Assembly: GCF_006345805.1 (NCBI RefSeq)
Contig: NC_042999.1
Location: 122,636,001 to 122,700,000 of the forward strand
Direction of reading: 5' to 3'
DNA length: 64,000 nt
From: Octopus sinensis
Lineage: Eukaryota
Shown here one piece after another: positions 39,046 to 53,800 of the stretch (the stretch's first letter is position 1; each line of letters starts with the position of its first letter). A program made the position numbers and the translations under genes. The notes below the pieces were generated by a model. That model was not told the DNA's origin. It saw only the letters and a program-made list of their open reading frames with translations, and ran no database searches.

Positions 39046-39631
39046 AATATTATTAATGAATGAGTAAGTGCAAAAATGGAATATTTTAATAGGTTTTAAA
39101 ATATATTTGTGGCACCTTGGGCAAGTGTCTTCTACTATAGCCTCAAGCTGACCAAAGCCTTGTGAGTGGATTTGGTAGACGGAAACTGAAAGAAGCCCAT
39201 CGTATATATGTGTGTGTGTGTGTATATACCAAGAGATGCAAAGGCAAATATAATTATAATTCATGTGTAAAGCCATGCGTTTCTATAAGTACATTCTTAT
39301 TTCTGGAGGTATAAGTTAACAGTTACATTTATATGTATATAATCATGAAATATCTCCTCACCCAATAAATGTAATGAAATAGTTTAATTAAATGTGTACA
39401 CATAAAAATAACTATATTTCTTCCTTCATATATACATGTGTGCATGTGTGTGCATATGTGCATTTAAGAAATAAAAGGTCTACATGAACAAGCATCCCTA
39501 TAATCTAAGTGTAATGCTATTCTAACAATGTTGTTTGAATTATCAGTACTTAGCCGATGCATTGAACTACATTGATTTGCAAGTCACCAAACTGCAGTCC
39601 TACTATCAAAGACATTTATATGCTGATCACA

Positions 39632-39800
39632 GGCGCAGCTGTGTGGTAAGACGTTTCACTCCCTAGCCCATGACTTTGGGTTCAACCCCGGTGCATGGCA
39701 CCTTAGACATGTGTCTCCTACTATAGCCTCAGGGCAGCCAAGACCTTGTGAGTAGATTTGACAGATGGAAACTGAAAGAATCCCACTGTATGTATTGTGT
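39632..39800 (+). mobile_element. SINE family A 5' half
   Basis: AGGCGCAGCTGTGTGGTAAG..GGGTTCAACCCC..GGCACCTTAGACATGTGTCTCCTACTATAGCC; another core fragment at ~39110-39215. Confidence 0.8.
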
Positions 39801-40062
39801 GTGTATGTGTCTAAGACTTTGTGACTGAATTTGTCCCACCACTGCATAACACGAGAGTAATATTCTATTGTGAAGTTAATTTCTGATGTCACTCTAAAAA
39901 CGTGTAAACCCTTATATTAGATGTAAAAGTTGCTAAGAAATGGAGGTATGCCAAAAAAATCATTGAATCAGGCTGGTTTTCTGAAAAATATTTTATGAAA
40001 TAAGATTCCGTGGAAAATTCACTTAGCTTTCAAAGGCACTTTTCTAACGTGAGAATTTTTGT

Positions 40063-40796
40063 AGATACAAAATATCTTTGTGAAATGCATAAATGCTACA
40101 AAGTACTATTTTGTCTTCATTATATATCTAAATACTATTTGAATAAGTAGGAAACTATCATTAAACTGGAAGAATATTAATGAATATTAGAAGAATATCA
40201 ATTAATAAAATTTTGATCTAAAAATTTGAATAGGAATTACCAACTTTGTAAATAAATGTCATCCTGTGAGAAAATTTAATATTTCCTTGCTACCATTGAA
40301 CAAAAAGGTCTAAATAGAATTTAATTCTTTTAGCAATGGAATTTGACATTAAACTTTTATAACCTTTATAAAAGAGACTTTTTTGTAATGTCTGGTTCCA
40401 CAAGTATACATAACTTTTAATAATTTTGTTACAAATCTATTGATTACTATTGAATTTAATAATTATTCAAACGAAGTTGGCTGTGAGACTCATCTTTAAT
40501 GAATAGTGAAAGAATGTACTTTTACATCACTGAACATATCATTTACTTTAATGGAAATATTAATTTAAACTTCTTCCATTAAAGCAAATAATAAGTTTAG
40601 AGTACATTTAGAATCTTCAACTATACTTGAAAGATACAAAATATCTTTGTGAAATGCATAAATGCTACAAAGTACTATTTTGTCTTCATTATATATCTAA
40701 ATACTATTTGAATAAGTAGGAAACTATCATTAAACTGGAAGAATATTAATGAATATTAGAAGAATATCAATTAATAAAATTTTGATCTAAAAATTT
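40063..40796 (+). repeat. Identical 165-bp direct duplication (40063-40227 and 40632-40796)
   Basis: Base-by-base comparison shows no mismatch from AGATACAAAATATC to GATCTAAAAATTT. Confidence 0.92.
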
Positions 40797-42134
40797 AATT
40801 AATTAAAAGATAAAAAATTGATTACTGATTATTTTTCTTGAAATCTTTTGAATTTTAATAAATCTAAAATAATTATCATTTAGAACATTTTCATTATCGA
40901 GGATTTCAATACATAATGATTCATGAATATAAGGAACTGCAATGTATTTAAAAAAATTTGTTAGGATTAATTTAACCTGTTCAAATTATGTATAGGTAGC
41001 TGTTCGCCTAATTAAAAATATAATGAAATACATAAATTTTATAAACTAATAACAGGGGAATCGATTAAGAGTCTATAATAATAATCTATCTTAATGGACT
41101 TTCAAGTATAGCTAAAGGATATATTTGTACACGTCTGAATACTTTATTTGTTTTAATTAAAAAAGTTTAAACAACTTGAGTCTCTCTAAAATGAATTGAA
41201 TTTTCATCATATTAAAAGAAACAAAAATATTAGTTATCCTATTGATATCAACTGAAATTATTCTACTTTTCAATCATAGATTCTAAAAATTATTGGCTTG
41301 TTTAAATCTGTAAACTTAAAGAAATACAAGGTTAATTTTCCAGAAATATAACTTAAATACAATGTCTCCTATCATTCGAATTCCTTCTTTGAAATTAATA
41401 AGGTTTTCACAAAAGTAAATTGTAATGTTTACTATGCTGGTGTTTAACACCAGTCATTCCAAATTGAACAACGCTATAATCAGAGGTATATCAGTAGTTA
41501 CTTTGCATACTTTTAGGGGTATCTAGAACTATATCATTAGCAATAACAAATGTAATGAAATTTTCATAGTTATAAGTTTTTATGTTGCTGTTGTTCAGCT
41601 TCAGGTAATTCTTGATCAAGCAGTCTTATGATTAAAGGCATAGCCATGCTTTCTGTTTGTATTGCTAAGATTACTTTGTCCATTGTGTTCTTCCTAGCTG
41701 GGAGATTTGCTGCTATTTCTAATGGTTTGATTAACTGCATAGAAGTTCCCTTAATCGTTCACATTTTACTTTGCATTTCTATTTAACTTTTTAAATAAAT
41801 GACATAGAATTATTAGGATTCGAGGTTTTCATCAGAAAAAGGACTAGTCATTTTTGAGAATCCAAATGCTTGAGCTCCAAGTCAAGTGTTTTCACTCAGA
41901 ATTGTGGACACTAAATGTTAAAAAATTATTCAAATTTAAATGTTAAAAATTACTGCTAAAGCAAAAACTATTCTGAAGCAATTATATTATGGATTTTTAA
42001 CAAGCTCAGGGGACAATGACATTATGAAAAATACATTTCTGCAATAAATGTTTAGCTAATAAAGTCAATATATATTTGCTTTGATTTTTTTTTCCTCCAT
42101 TTAATATGAAAATATTCATATTAATTTAACTGTG

Positions 42135-42218
<84 letters not shown>
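42135..42218. repeat. (ATT)n microsatellite
   Basis: Directly visible. Confidence 0.95.
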
Positions 42219-42220
<2 letters not shown>

Positions 42221-44329
42221 TCTTTTAAACATTGTATCTTGCATTTTTATCTTCAAAACTAACCTTTGTTCTCTCAGCTACTCGACTGATTGAATCCTTT
42301 AACTCACCATCTGCTAAAATTCTTATGCTTTAATTTCGGTGTTCATTCATATAAATATTTCAATATATGGCACCAAGTTGATAAAGTATCTCTTCCCGTT
42401 AATAAAATACCTTCCCTAAGAGAAAAAACTGTATTTGAAATAGATTTCTTAACAAATTACCCTTGTTTTTATTTTATACATTTCTGAATTGCTAATTTAA
42501 AAGTCTAATGAAGTCAATCTTTATTACAAAATGTAATTTTTAAAAAGTGGCTGTTAAAAATTAGATTTTTTCAAAACCAATCTTGTTTCACACTTTGAAA
42601 TATTAATGGTTTTATTTGATTAAGTAATTAACTACTAGACATTATATGATGCATCGACCTCACCAGTTTCAGAGGACCACCTAAGATTATGGACATTACT
42701 CCTTCTCCACAAACTAAATTAAAAATTGGGAAATTAGATAATTAAGTAAAACAACAAAGCATTACATTACTCTCAAAAGAGAATAAAATATCTCTTTTAA
42801 AGATATATTTCTCTTCTTGATTAAACAATGCTTTTCATATATGCTATATGAAAGATATCAATTGAAATTATAGGTTGTTTTTTTCATCTAGTGCTGAGGA
42901 ATTGGTAGACAACTAAACTAATTGTATGATACAGAGATTATTGCCTCATATTTTGGTGTTTAAAATATCAAACTGAGTTCTCTTGGGTATTTTCCTCAAC
43001 TTTGATTCAATCAACTAATTCACCACTTCCCAAATTTTTTTGTTTTTCAAAACCATTTTAAATAAGGATTAATTTCTGAATTATCTTGTTCCTATCTATA
43101 TATAATTTTATATAACATTTTCCTTGAAATCTTTTAATCTTCATGAAAATCATTATTATATATATTATCTCCAATACATTTTAATTTTAATTTCACCAAA
43201 CATTTATCATTTTTGGTGTTATGTAGATCTTTCTATTATAATGTTGATTATCAAAACAAATGGTCAACTTAATTTTTTTTCTCATTTATATACAACTTAC
43301 TTTTCTTACATATTTTGGATGTTTATCTACAACTAAGATAACCCTACAAATTAACTTTTGACTATTTGTTCAGATCTTTAAAATTTAACGTTACCAAAAA
43401 TTATCTTTTGTTTCCATTTTTTTTCCACCATACAACACACAAATCTATTATGCTATTTGTAAATATGATTACAACTCATCGAAGATTTTCTTAAGAATGA
43501 AATATAAAAAAAGTCTTTAACCCGCTAGTATTCAAATTACTTTGTTAAATGCAATTAATGCTTATTTATTCACATTATTTTGAATTAATTATGCATTATC
43601 TTGTTACCTTGAGGTGCCGATGATGTGATTGTTTATATTTAGAATGACATTGTTTGGTAGGTGTGAGAGACTGGTTCTGGCCAGTTTGAACATAAAATAA
43701 ATAGAATGTTTGGGCCAGATATACCAGTTTAAATGCTAAAGAACTACAGAAAGCAGTTGGAAAATTATTCAATGTATCATAATTCTAATCTCTACTCTGT
43801 AGATAGAATCCTATAATAAATTTTTAAGCATCACGAGAATTCTGTCACATTTTCTACAAGCAGTTATAGATGTGTACATATTTTTCAACTCTAATCATCT
43901 GACATAATTATATATATACATATAGTTAATAGTATTCTGTCTTATGCTAAAGATATAAGAAAAATTGGGAATTCCAGACATTAGCACTAAAAAGAGTTGC
44001 CAGAATAGCCTTATATGCTGACTAAGCCATTTCAGCAAATTTTACCATATGGAACCTGTGTGGGACAGTTATATATATTACTAAGGTGACTAAGGGTACT
44101 AGTTAGTACTAGAATTGCTAGAAATAAGAGTCAAATCAACTCATAGTCATGATAAAGCACTTAATTTATGACTAACTAGGGAGGCAAGCTCCCTACAGCA
44201 TAGGGCATAGCAAGGTCACTAGTGATTTCACATTTGACTCTTATTTCTAGCAATGTTGGTGCTAACTATTACGCTTAGTCACCTTAATGACATCTATAGT
44301 TCTACCTTTTGCACATATCCACATTTATG

Positions 44330-44398
<69 letters not shown>

Positions 44399-44615
44399 AA
44401 TAGACAGATAGGCTGACCCCTATATGACAGACACAGGTGTGAGCTCCAGGCTGAGCAAAGCTGTGCAAGTGAATTTAGTAGACAGTAGCTGAAAGAAGCC
44501 TGTCACACATGTGTATGTATACGTGTGTGTGTGTGTTTTCTTGTCATGTCATCATGTGGTATTTGTAAGCATTTCCAGTCTTCCATAAAATCATGTCCAG
44601 CCAGGTGGAAATATT

Positions 44616-44829
44616 CTTTTCTACTCTAGACACAAGGCCCAAAATTTTGGGGAAGGGGGCCAGTCGATTAGATCGACCCCAGTATGCAACTGGTACTTAA
44701 TTTGTTGACTCCAAAAGGATGAAAGGCAGAGTTGACCTCAGCAGAATTCAAACTCAGAACGTAAAACTAGACAAAATATTGCTAAGCATTTTGCTCGGCA
44801 TGCTAATGTTTCTGTCAGCTCACTGCCTT
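44616..44829 (-). mobile_element. SINE family B nested in an older element, 17-bp TSD
   Basis: AGCCAGGTGGAAATATT at 44599-44615 and 44830-44846. Confidence 0.92.
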
Positions 44830-46349
44830 AGCCAGGTGGAAATATTACCTTACTTGGAAACATGTAAGGATTGGTGAGAGGAAGAGCTTGCAAGCATAGC
44901 AAATCTACCTCATCAAGTTCCATCCAACCCATATGAGCATAGAAAAGTCAGTGTTAAAACAATGATGAGGAGGAGGAAGTATATGTATGTGTGTATGTAC
45001 ATATGTATGTATGTATGTATGTATGTATGTGTGCATCTGTGTATGTATGTATCTTTTTTAGGTAATGATCCAGAAAAGACTACTTTAATACAAACACTGT
45101 GTGCAGTAGTTTATTGAAGCCATTCTAGTAGCCTTTTACTACATAATATTTTCTCTGTATGAACAATAAAGGCAAAGAGTCTTAAGGCATTTGAGAGAAA
45201 TAATCTGAGTTCAGTTGTTTGATTGTGTAATATGGATTTAAAATTCAGGCTTAAAAAATTAAGTTTTAAAAGAGATGACCTAGAACTGATAAACATGGAA
45301 GCAAGCTGCTGTGTTGATTCATCTATGTCAGATAGTTCTGTATAGACAGACAATGAAAATGATAATAATGAAATAAAGGCAATGATGATAATGATAGAGA
45401 TGATGATAGTAGTGGTTGGTGGTGGCAAGGATAACGATGTGTTAAGTATTTTTTTAATGCATTTAAGAAGTTTTCAAAATTTTCTTTGAAACAATTTCAA
45501 CATAAAAATGAAAGTTGCTTCAGTACAGAAAACTATTGAAAAAAAAGTTGCACCGTCTTATTTTTAGATAACTGCATTTAGTAGGACACACATTTCCACA
45601 GGAAACTAGCATTCCTATAAATAGGTATAATCCTTAAGTAAATGTCAAATACGATAAAGTGAGATCTTAATATACGCTGATATTTTCTTTTGAACCAAAG
45701 AAGGAATCCAGAAATGTAAATATATTTAAACTTAATCTTTTGTCGAACATTTTATTCATTTTATTTTCATATATTTTTATGATAGATGTTTGTTTATGAA
45801 CCTAGGGTTGTTTTGCTGGTTAAGAGTATAAATTCTTCTATATATTCTGACATCAGAACAACTCCAGGCATAATACTGTTGACAGTATTATGAAAAGACA
45901 GACATTGGATCAATGAATAGTCGCATATAAATGAAGTTATTCTGAGACTGTTTATTCAAATACAAAAACAAAACAAAAAGTGTCCTTGTTCTTCTAGTAC
46001 TCACAGATTATGAATACAGATTAACAAGTGAGTCTATTTTTAATTTAATCATAATACTGAATTCTTAATTCAAAATTTAATTTTATTATTTACCCTTTGT
46101 ATGCTTTCACTTTCTTTCCGTCATTTTTCCCATCTCTGTCACTACACATATGCATGCACTAACATACACATATCACACACACACCACACACACATGCACA
46201 CACAAAAGCTCATGCATACATGTCCAGTATGCATCTGGGAAGACTATAGTTCAAATGAAGACTCTACACAATTATCAAGAGTGTATTCATTACTTTTATT
46301 GTGAAAGATCCTACAAAGTACTTGTCTCTTTTGTGGATGCAGATATCAG

Positions 46350-46401
<52 letters not shown>

Positions 46402-46989
46402 TAAATATATATAAATACATACGCACACTCACACACACACACACACACAAATCCAGGGTGAGCATTGGCAATGTTTCTATGGCTGGAGGCACTTCCTAAT
46501 GCTAACCACTTTGTTGTGTACATTTGGTGGGTGCTTTTCATGTTTTACGTCCATGTAACTTAGCCATTTGGCAAAACACACTAACAGAATATGCACCATA
46601 CTTACAAAGAATAATTCCTGTGATCGATTTCTTTGACTAAAGGTGGTGTTCCAGCATATCTGCAGTTACATGACCAAAACAAGTAAAACAATATAAAACT
46701 GTGCCATTTTAATCCTGAGCAACGCCGGGTCTCTCTGCTAATATACAATAAAAGGCATATATAAGGCACTTTGTACATTTATTTATTTATGCATTGTAGA
46801 CTTACTTTCTGGTATGCATTTTGAGTGTTTATTCAGGTATGCTTCTATTTATTCAGTCAGTTGATTGAGTAACCAGAATCATGAATGCACCAAAAATGCA
46901 TATCAGAAACAGCTATAAGCCTACAATGTACAAATAAATTAATGTATAAATCCCATTATATATGCTTTTTCTTGCATGTAGATATACAT

Positions 46990-47195
46990 GTGTTTGTTCC
47001 TTACCACCGATTGGCAATCAGTGTTGGTATCTTTACATCTCTTTAACTTAGTGGTTCAGCAAAAGAAATAACAGATTAAGTACCAAGCTTTAAAAAAAAA
47101 TGTACTGGGGTTGATTCCTTTGACTAAAATTCTTCTAGGCAGTACTCCAGCATGGCCATAAGTCTAATTACTAAAACAGGTAAAAGATAAAAGGT
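46990..47195 (+). mobile_element. SINE family A 3' half
   Basis: GGTTCAGCAAAAGA..GTACTGGGGTTGATT..TCCAGCATGGCCATAAGTCTAATTACTAAAAC..AAAGATAAAAG. Confidence 0.8.
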
Positions 47196-47265
47196 AAAAT
47201 ATCCTGATAAAAAGTGCAATCTTTGTTAGGGCATATATTACTTTTTAATTTACATGTCAAAATAA

Positions 47266-47478
47266 GGTAGTGAGCTGGCAGAATGGTTAGTACATTAGGC
47301 AAATTGCTTAGTGGTATTTTGTCATTTACGTTCTGAGTTCAAATTCCACTGAGGTCGACTTTGCCTCTCATCCTTTCATGGTCAATAAAATACGTACCAG
47401 TTGAACACTGGGGTTGGCGTAATTGACTTAGCCCCATTCCTCTAACCTGCTGGCCTTATGCCAAAATTTGAAAACAAT
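47266..47478 (+). mobile_element. SINE family B
   Basis: GTGAGCTGGCAGAATGGTTAG..TGAGTTCAAATTCCACTGAGGTCGACTTTGCC. Confidence 0.88.
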
Positions 47479-47706
47479 TTACTTGTCAAAATTGTGTTTC
47501 ACTGACTCTGTTTTTAGGAAATAAATGACCAGTTAAGCAATGAATATAATATTACATTTGTGCAAAATTTTGAAGTTCTTGATTTGTGAATTCTTTGAAG
47601 TTCTTATCTTCAAAGGGTAAATCCCTCAGAAATCCTATTGAGAAATTCAGATTAGTTATTTTAGGATACATATACATACATACATATATACATACACACA
47701 CACACA

Positions 47707-47744
<38 letters not shown>

Positions 47745-50564
47745 AGTAAAGTTATTAAAATATTAAAAAAAACCTTATAAGTATTGTCTAAACTTCTAAA
47801 CATTATTATCATTGTTAGATTATCATTACTCACTGACCTCACCCCAGCAACAGATTTCTCTTTTCTTTTGGCTTCATTCTAATGTTCAGCTACAACATTC
47901 ATATCTCTGGTATTCGTTGGATGTTTGCAACTATTTTAAGATAAAATATTTTACTATGCAAACAAAATGGTGTATAAAACTTTGTGAAAAATTTTTTTGT
48001 TAAATCACTAAAATGAATTTTATTTGAACTATATCAAGAAAGATAAATAACATTTTGTTTATATTTTTGGTGTGTGCTTTGTTATATACTTGCCCTTATT
48101 GTATGTTACTGTAAAAGTGTGATTTTATCAGCATAAAAGATTGATGTTATCAGCTTAACTTTGAAAAGTAATCAGGTTTAAGATAAGAGAATATTTAGAT
48201 GATATAGTGCTGTTGGTTTCTTCATATATCTTGTGTCACATGTATCGTGGAATATGAATATGGTATCTGAGATAATGTCAGCTTGAAAGAGTAAGACCCA
48301 AAACTAAAGGCAAGAGTATAAATTCTTTTAACCTATATAATTCAGTATATCTTCTCTGAAAAATATCTATAAAAAAACTATATATCTACAACTCAATATT
48401 AAAACTATACAACACATGATATAATCATTTGAAAAATAAAGTCTGTCAGTACTAACCTACATCATTCAATGGAGAATATCATAAAAGTAACATGCTCCTG
48501 TAATAGTGTATAAACATAAATTTTAATATATGGTTAAATATTTAACTAATCTCATGTTTTATCAAAAATAATGCATCTGACAAAATATATTTTGTTTCAT
48601 CTGAGGGCACATCAAGGACTAAATTTATATATAAAGGAGAGCTAGTTATATATAGATGAGTAAACAGAAGGACAGATGTACAACAGGACTGAAAGATAGC
48701 TAAATTGATAGAGGCAAAGTAATATCAGCACCTTTTTTCTGTTTCCTTCATTATCACCAGCATCATCAACATCATCATCAAAAGCACAGTTCCTGCTACC
48801 ATGTAACTTTCATCTGTTTTTCACCCCCTCTCTTGCCACTTTCACAGTGTAGATATCTCTCTTCCCTTCTATGCATTTGTTTCTCTGACTAAACATCAGT
48901 ATATAATAAGGAGCTCTCACAAACAAATTTGCTCTCTGACATATCTCTCAAGTGAAACTAAATGTATTTTGCCTGACACAGTGATTTTGATAAAACGTAT
49001 TGACACTCATACTTTGCTCAATGAGTTTTTCATACTATTCGATCTAATCATGCTCCAGTGGACTGGTGGGTAAAACTCATGACTAACCGATCATATATTT
49101 ATCTATTCAACAAGATCTTTTGAGTATTCAGACAACAACACAAGAATTTGAAATTATACTCAATTGTTTTATCAGCTGTTTTGAGAACAGGTTATATTCA
49201 AGGGCCCCAGAAACAGGGGTGCAGGTGGTGTGCTTGCACTCCACTAAAATTTTGCAGGGTCTGCAGAATTAAAATTTGTACCCCTACATACTTTGTCTGG
49301 TTCAAAAGATAGTATCTAAAAATTAATCTGTAAGAAGTAGCTTGAAGTTAGGTTTCTTCTCCAAACAAGAACAAAAGACAAGGATCTTTGTGGCTTTTAT
49401 CACTGTTTACAATTATCTTTAAAAGAATTTTTTAATGTATCATATAGATGTAATTTTTTAGGCTAAATCCAAACTTGCTATTCCTTTATTCCAGAAAAAT
49501 TTTGCAAAAATGTTACAAGTATTCAAAGTTTGATACTTTTTAGAATTTTCAGCCAATCAAAAAACAGCACACTCACTGCCTCTTCCATCAGCGGTGGGGA
49601 GTGAGGAGGCATCAGCATGTCAAAACATTGCTAGAAATAAATCAAAATATTAAAATATACATGAATGAAGTTAATATTAAAACATTCGCAAGCAAATTAA
49701 ATACTTAAAAGCTATGAACAAATAAACCAACAGGAGTTGCTAGAAATAACAATCAAAATAGCGTTTAAAATAGACATTTATTAGTTTTAAAAATTCAAGA
49801 ATGAAAGTTTGCAATACTCTTTAGGATTATATAAAACAATCTAGCTGGCTCCATGCCATCAAAAATGATGGCTAATTGTAGTATTTTATATATAAATATG
49901 GATGGTAAACCATATTGATACACTTGATAATGTTCACATACATTCACACACTTCACTTGTACATGCATACACACACATACATATACTCAAACAGTAGAAG
50001 ATTATCTTTCGCATATCTCCTTCTCCATTTTGTGCACACGCATAGCTTCTTTGGTTATTATGAAAACAGCATTTTTCGCCACGGTGATGTGTAAAATACT
50101 TGTTTCTGATTGATTAAAATACCCAAATTTTGCAAATTTTAAAGGCTAATAACTTTTTAATTATGGATTTATAAGAAAATTGAATTTCATTTTCATAGCT
50201 AGTATACAAAACTTAATCCATATACCAAATTTGAAAACAACTGGAACAAAATTGTAAACAGTAACAAAAACCACAAAGATCCAAGGACAAAAATAAATAA
50301 ATAAAAACAGTCCAAAATGTTAGCTGATGAAGCTGGTCATAAACTTCCCAAAGGAATTCTAGAAACATATACTACTGAACTAGAGCATCATCAACATTAA
50401 AACTAAAAGACTATGTATCTATATTTGGCTATCTCTGACAAATGTATATTATATGACTGGTTTGTTGCTTAACACTCCATTATATAATTTCACATGAAAT
50501 CAATGGTAAGACCAGCTGTGATGGATAATTAACACTATAAAATTCAGACAATACACACACGTAT

Positions 50565-50812
50565 ATTATATAAACTTTGATGTGTGATACACACACACAC
50601 ACATCTCGTGAATACTACCTGCAATTTTTTTTCCTCTGTCCTCCCGTCTCGAGATCTTTCTTTCTCCTATGTTTCTGACGAAGAGCTCCGCTCGAAACGT
50701 CAAACCCTCCTTCTTCCCTTCTTTCCAGAGCGTCCAATAATACTTAATTTGTTCCACATCCTTGCGTTGTTGTCTTTTTGTTTTCTTGTTTGGATTAACT
50801 TTATAAATATAT
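50565..50812 (+). mobile_element. ~250-bp non-coding hammerhead-bearing element
   Basis: CpG-retaining segment between TA-rich flanks; contains the HHR at 50671-50705; boundaries approximate. Confidence 0.6.
50671..50705 (+). ncRNA. Minimal type I hammerhead ribozyme
   Basis: GTTT-CTGACGA-a-GAGC-tcc-GCTC-GAAA-C-GTC-AAAC: canonical core, 4-bp stems I and II, GUC triplet, palindromic stem III ACGT. Confidence 0.88.
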
Positions 50813-53800
50813 ATGTGTGTGTGTATGTATATATACAAAATTTAGAGGACTGACCACTAAAAGTGGACAGCCTATATGCTAAACATAGACGTCAAATCAC
50901 CATTACCACGAAGAATGTGTTCTCAAGAAAAATCTAGCAAAAAACCAAAATGTAAAAATAAGCAAGACAAATGAAAATGTACGAAATAAAAAACGATTAT
51001 TTTTTATCTGAACTGGTTGATGATCATTCCTATTTTAGTGATTTGGTTCCATCTGACATCTGTTTCCCAATATGAAAAAACACTTAGCTGGGCACCAGTA
51101 TCACTGTGTTGATGATTTTTTTTACTGACAGGATAGCGTCTTCACTAATGTGATCCAAGCACTGCTACACTGATGGAAGTGTGTGGACAGTAAGAGGGGC
51201 TATGTTAAAAAATGAACTTCATTTGGTCACATTCCATGACAGTATCTTGCTCAGCCTATGAACATTTCAGCTGACCATCATAATAATAAAAATTGTTATT
51301 ATACCCGCATTTGTATTAATATTAACATTGAAAAATTCCACTATTTTAGTAAAAAAAACTTTGGACTTGGGATTGCACCCACTAAGCAAATCTCATTCCT
51401 GGGTCACTGGTTCTATCATATTTTAAGAATTGTATAGTTGGTAAGAGTGTCCAACTGTGAAACCTCATTTATTCAACAATATAAAATAACTGTATGTCCA
51501 AAAGAAAATCTCTTGCATTTGTAAAGATGGAATAAAGCAAACAAAGCAGTGATAATGAGTATGAGATAGAATGGGTATAAAAATACAATCATTAGCCAAA
51601 ATTCAGTTTGTATTTTAAAAATTAAGCTAGAATTTGTTATTTTGTCCTTTGTAAGAAATATTCTTACAAAAAGTAAAAGCTCTATAAATTGTAGAAGCTT
51701 AATAAGATGACAATTAATTATGAGAACAATACTGATGGGATTACTATCTTTATTGGCATCTGTGGTACAAAGGAAGGATAGAAGTTTGGTGAATTAATAA
51801 AGAAAGAAAACTTAAAATTATGCGACTTAACTGTGATAGAGGTTTTCATTGGAAATATGTAGCCAAAGGGTCACAAATAGCAGTATTATTCATATTAAAA
51901 GATAGTGCTTTACTTAACATATTGATACACCTTATTGCTACTGCTGCAAGTATCATATAAAATGTAACTAATTCAGTTCCTTAGAAAAAGCTATAGCATT
52001 ATATATTTAGAATTATTTGTAATGTTTAATATTACAGAGTTTGAAAGGAAGATATAATATCTCGACTTTGATTCAATGAACAGTTGTGAAGTGGATCATT
52101 TTTTTTAATTTATGAAAAGCTTCCAGTAGTATCTTAGGATACTTTTTATTAATTTTTCTTATCTGTCAGCCAGTCTACATCGTGATGATGCTTTCTTTAT
52201 GATATTACTGACTTTCTTTAAATGTACACAAATACAAACCATTAACATACACTATTTTATAAAGAATACAGTTTATCTTTTAAATTTCATTTGCTTTATT
52301 TGTTATGCTATTACAAAACCATGATAACTTGTATCTCAGGAGTAAGTCTATATATTTACAGAGAAAGGAAAATGTAAATGTGAAGCATTGAGTGACATTC
52401 ATACTTTAGCCAACTAAATAAGTAAAGTTGATGGTTTTTGAATGAGATTCAAACTGGCTTGCAATGTTGGATGTATCTCTATATTTTGAATTAATCTCAA
52501 TAATGCTGTTTATGAGCTAACGTGCTTTTAACATACAATTATCATACAGCACTTATATTAACTGATTTCTGTTTATAATCTTCTGAACAAAGCAATATGA
52601 AATATATAGGAAAAGCTGCATTAACTAAAGAGTTACACATTTTTTTAAGTACAATTTTAATTTCATAATTATAGTTTCCTTCTCATAATTGTTTTGCATA
52701 GTTACACAACTTTTGTGCATACTGGTAAATATGCATGTATTCTAAGAATATATGCACAGAATTATCACGGAATCAATTAGATAAATCTGATGAGATATCA
52801 AATGAATAATAAATGTGAATAATGATTGTGATGTTAATATTTTACAACCAATACTTCCCACTGGGCATATAACTATCCCATCATCCACCTCATTTCATAG
52901 TCTCATAATGCATGATGATGGAAATGGTGGTGATGGGGTGGGATGAGTGAAGAAGAAGAAGAAGAAAATAATGATGACGATTATCTCAACTTCAAGAACA
53001 TCCCAATGGATAAAAAGCAACCAACTTCCAAAAGAACATAAGGGACGCTGCACAGTCTCACATGGTTACAATGATGAATTGTTGATTAACAAAGCCATAA
53101 AAACAAAATTGTAGTAGGAGAAAGGTTTGACTATCAGAAGGCTTTTACCAGTAGTCACTACTTGCAAAATGTAAATCTAATAATATGCAAATACATGACA
53201 AATAAATGACCAAACAATTTTGCATAAGCAGACAAGTTTAGGAATTATAAACATTAACCCCTCCTCTATCAGATGAGTATTCCAAAGGGAATTTCTCTTT
53301 CTATCCCCACTCCGGTGTTTTGCTTGACACTAAAATCTCAACCAAAGGTTAAACCAGACTAGATTCAGAAACATATGGTATGTGATGACAATTAAAAGTT
53401 GTTTCTAAATGAATGATTCAAGATATATGCTCTTTCATTTCTTCTACTACATCAATGCATCAAAGATAGTGGTAGTGATATCTAACTTTAGCTGAAAGCT
53501 ACAAATATTACAGGAGTATAGTTAATTTAATTAATATGAATTCATAATTGGTTCTTGTTTTATCATCCCTAAGTTCATATAAGCAAAGTTAATCAATAGG
53601 TGTACATGTATATGTATGTCTGTATGTATATGTGTATGCATATTTTATGATTTTGCTAAGGCATAGTGATTCTAATAACTTGTTGTTAGAATTCAATATA
53701 CATATACTTTAGTATATAGTTTAATTAACATTAAAGTTATTTTATTAAATATCTTTTGTTCACCAGACTGTTGTATAAGCGATATCCTATTTTAACTTAT

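Noticed and set aside
40900-41600. Very degenerate possible PLE RT on the + strand
   Set aside because: Only faint motif resemblance after several assumed frameshifts; it needs a profile search.
53273-53347. Candidate 75-nt symmetric exon (EYSKGNFSFYPHSGVLLDTKISTK)
   Set aside because: Weak donor (GTTAAA), no recognisable homology and no supporting exons.
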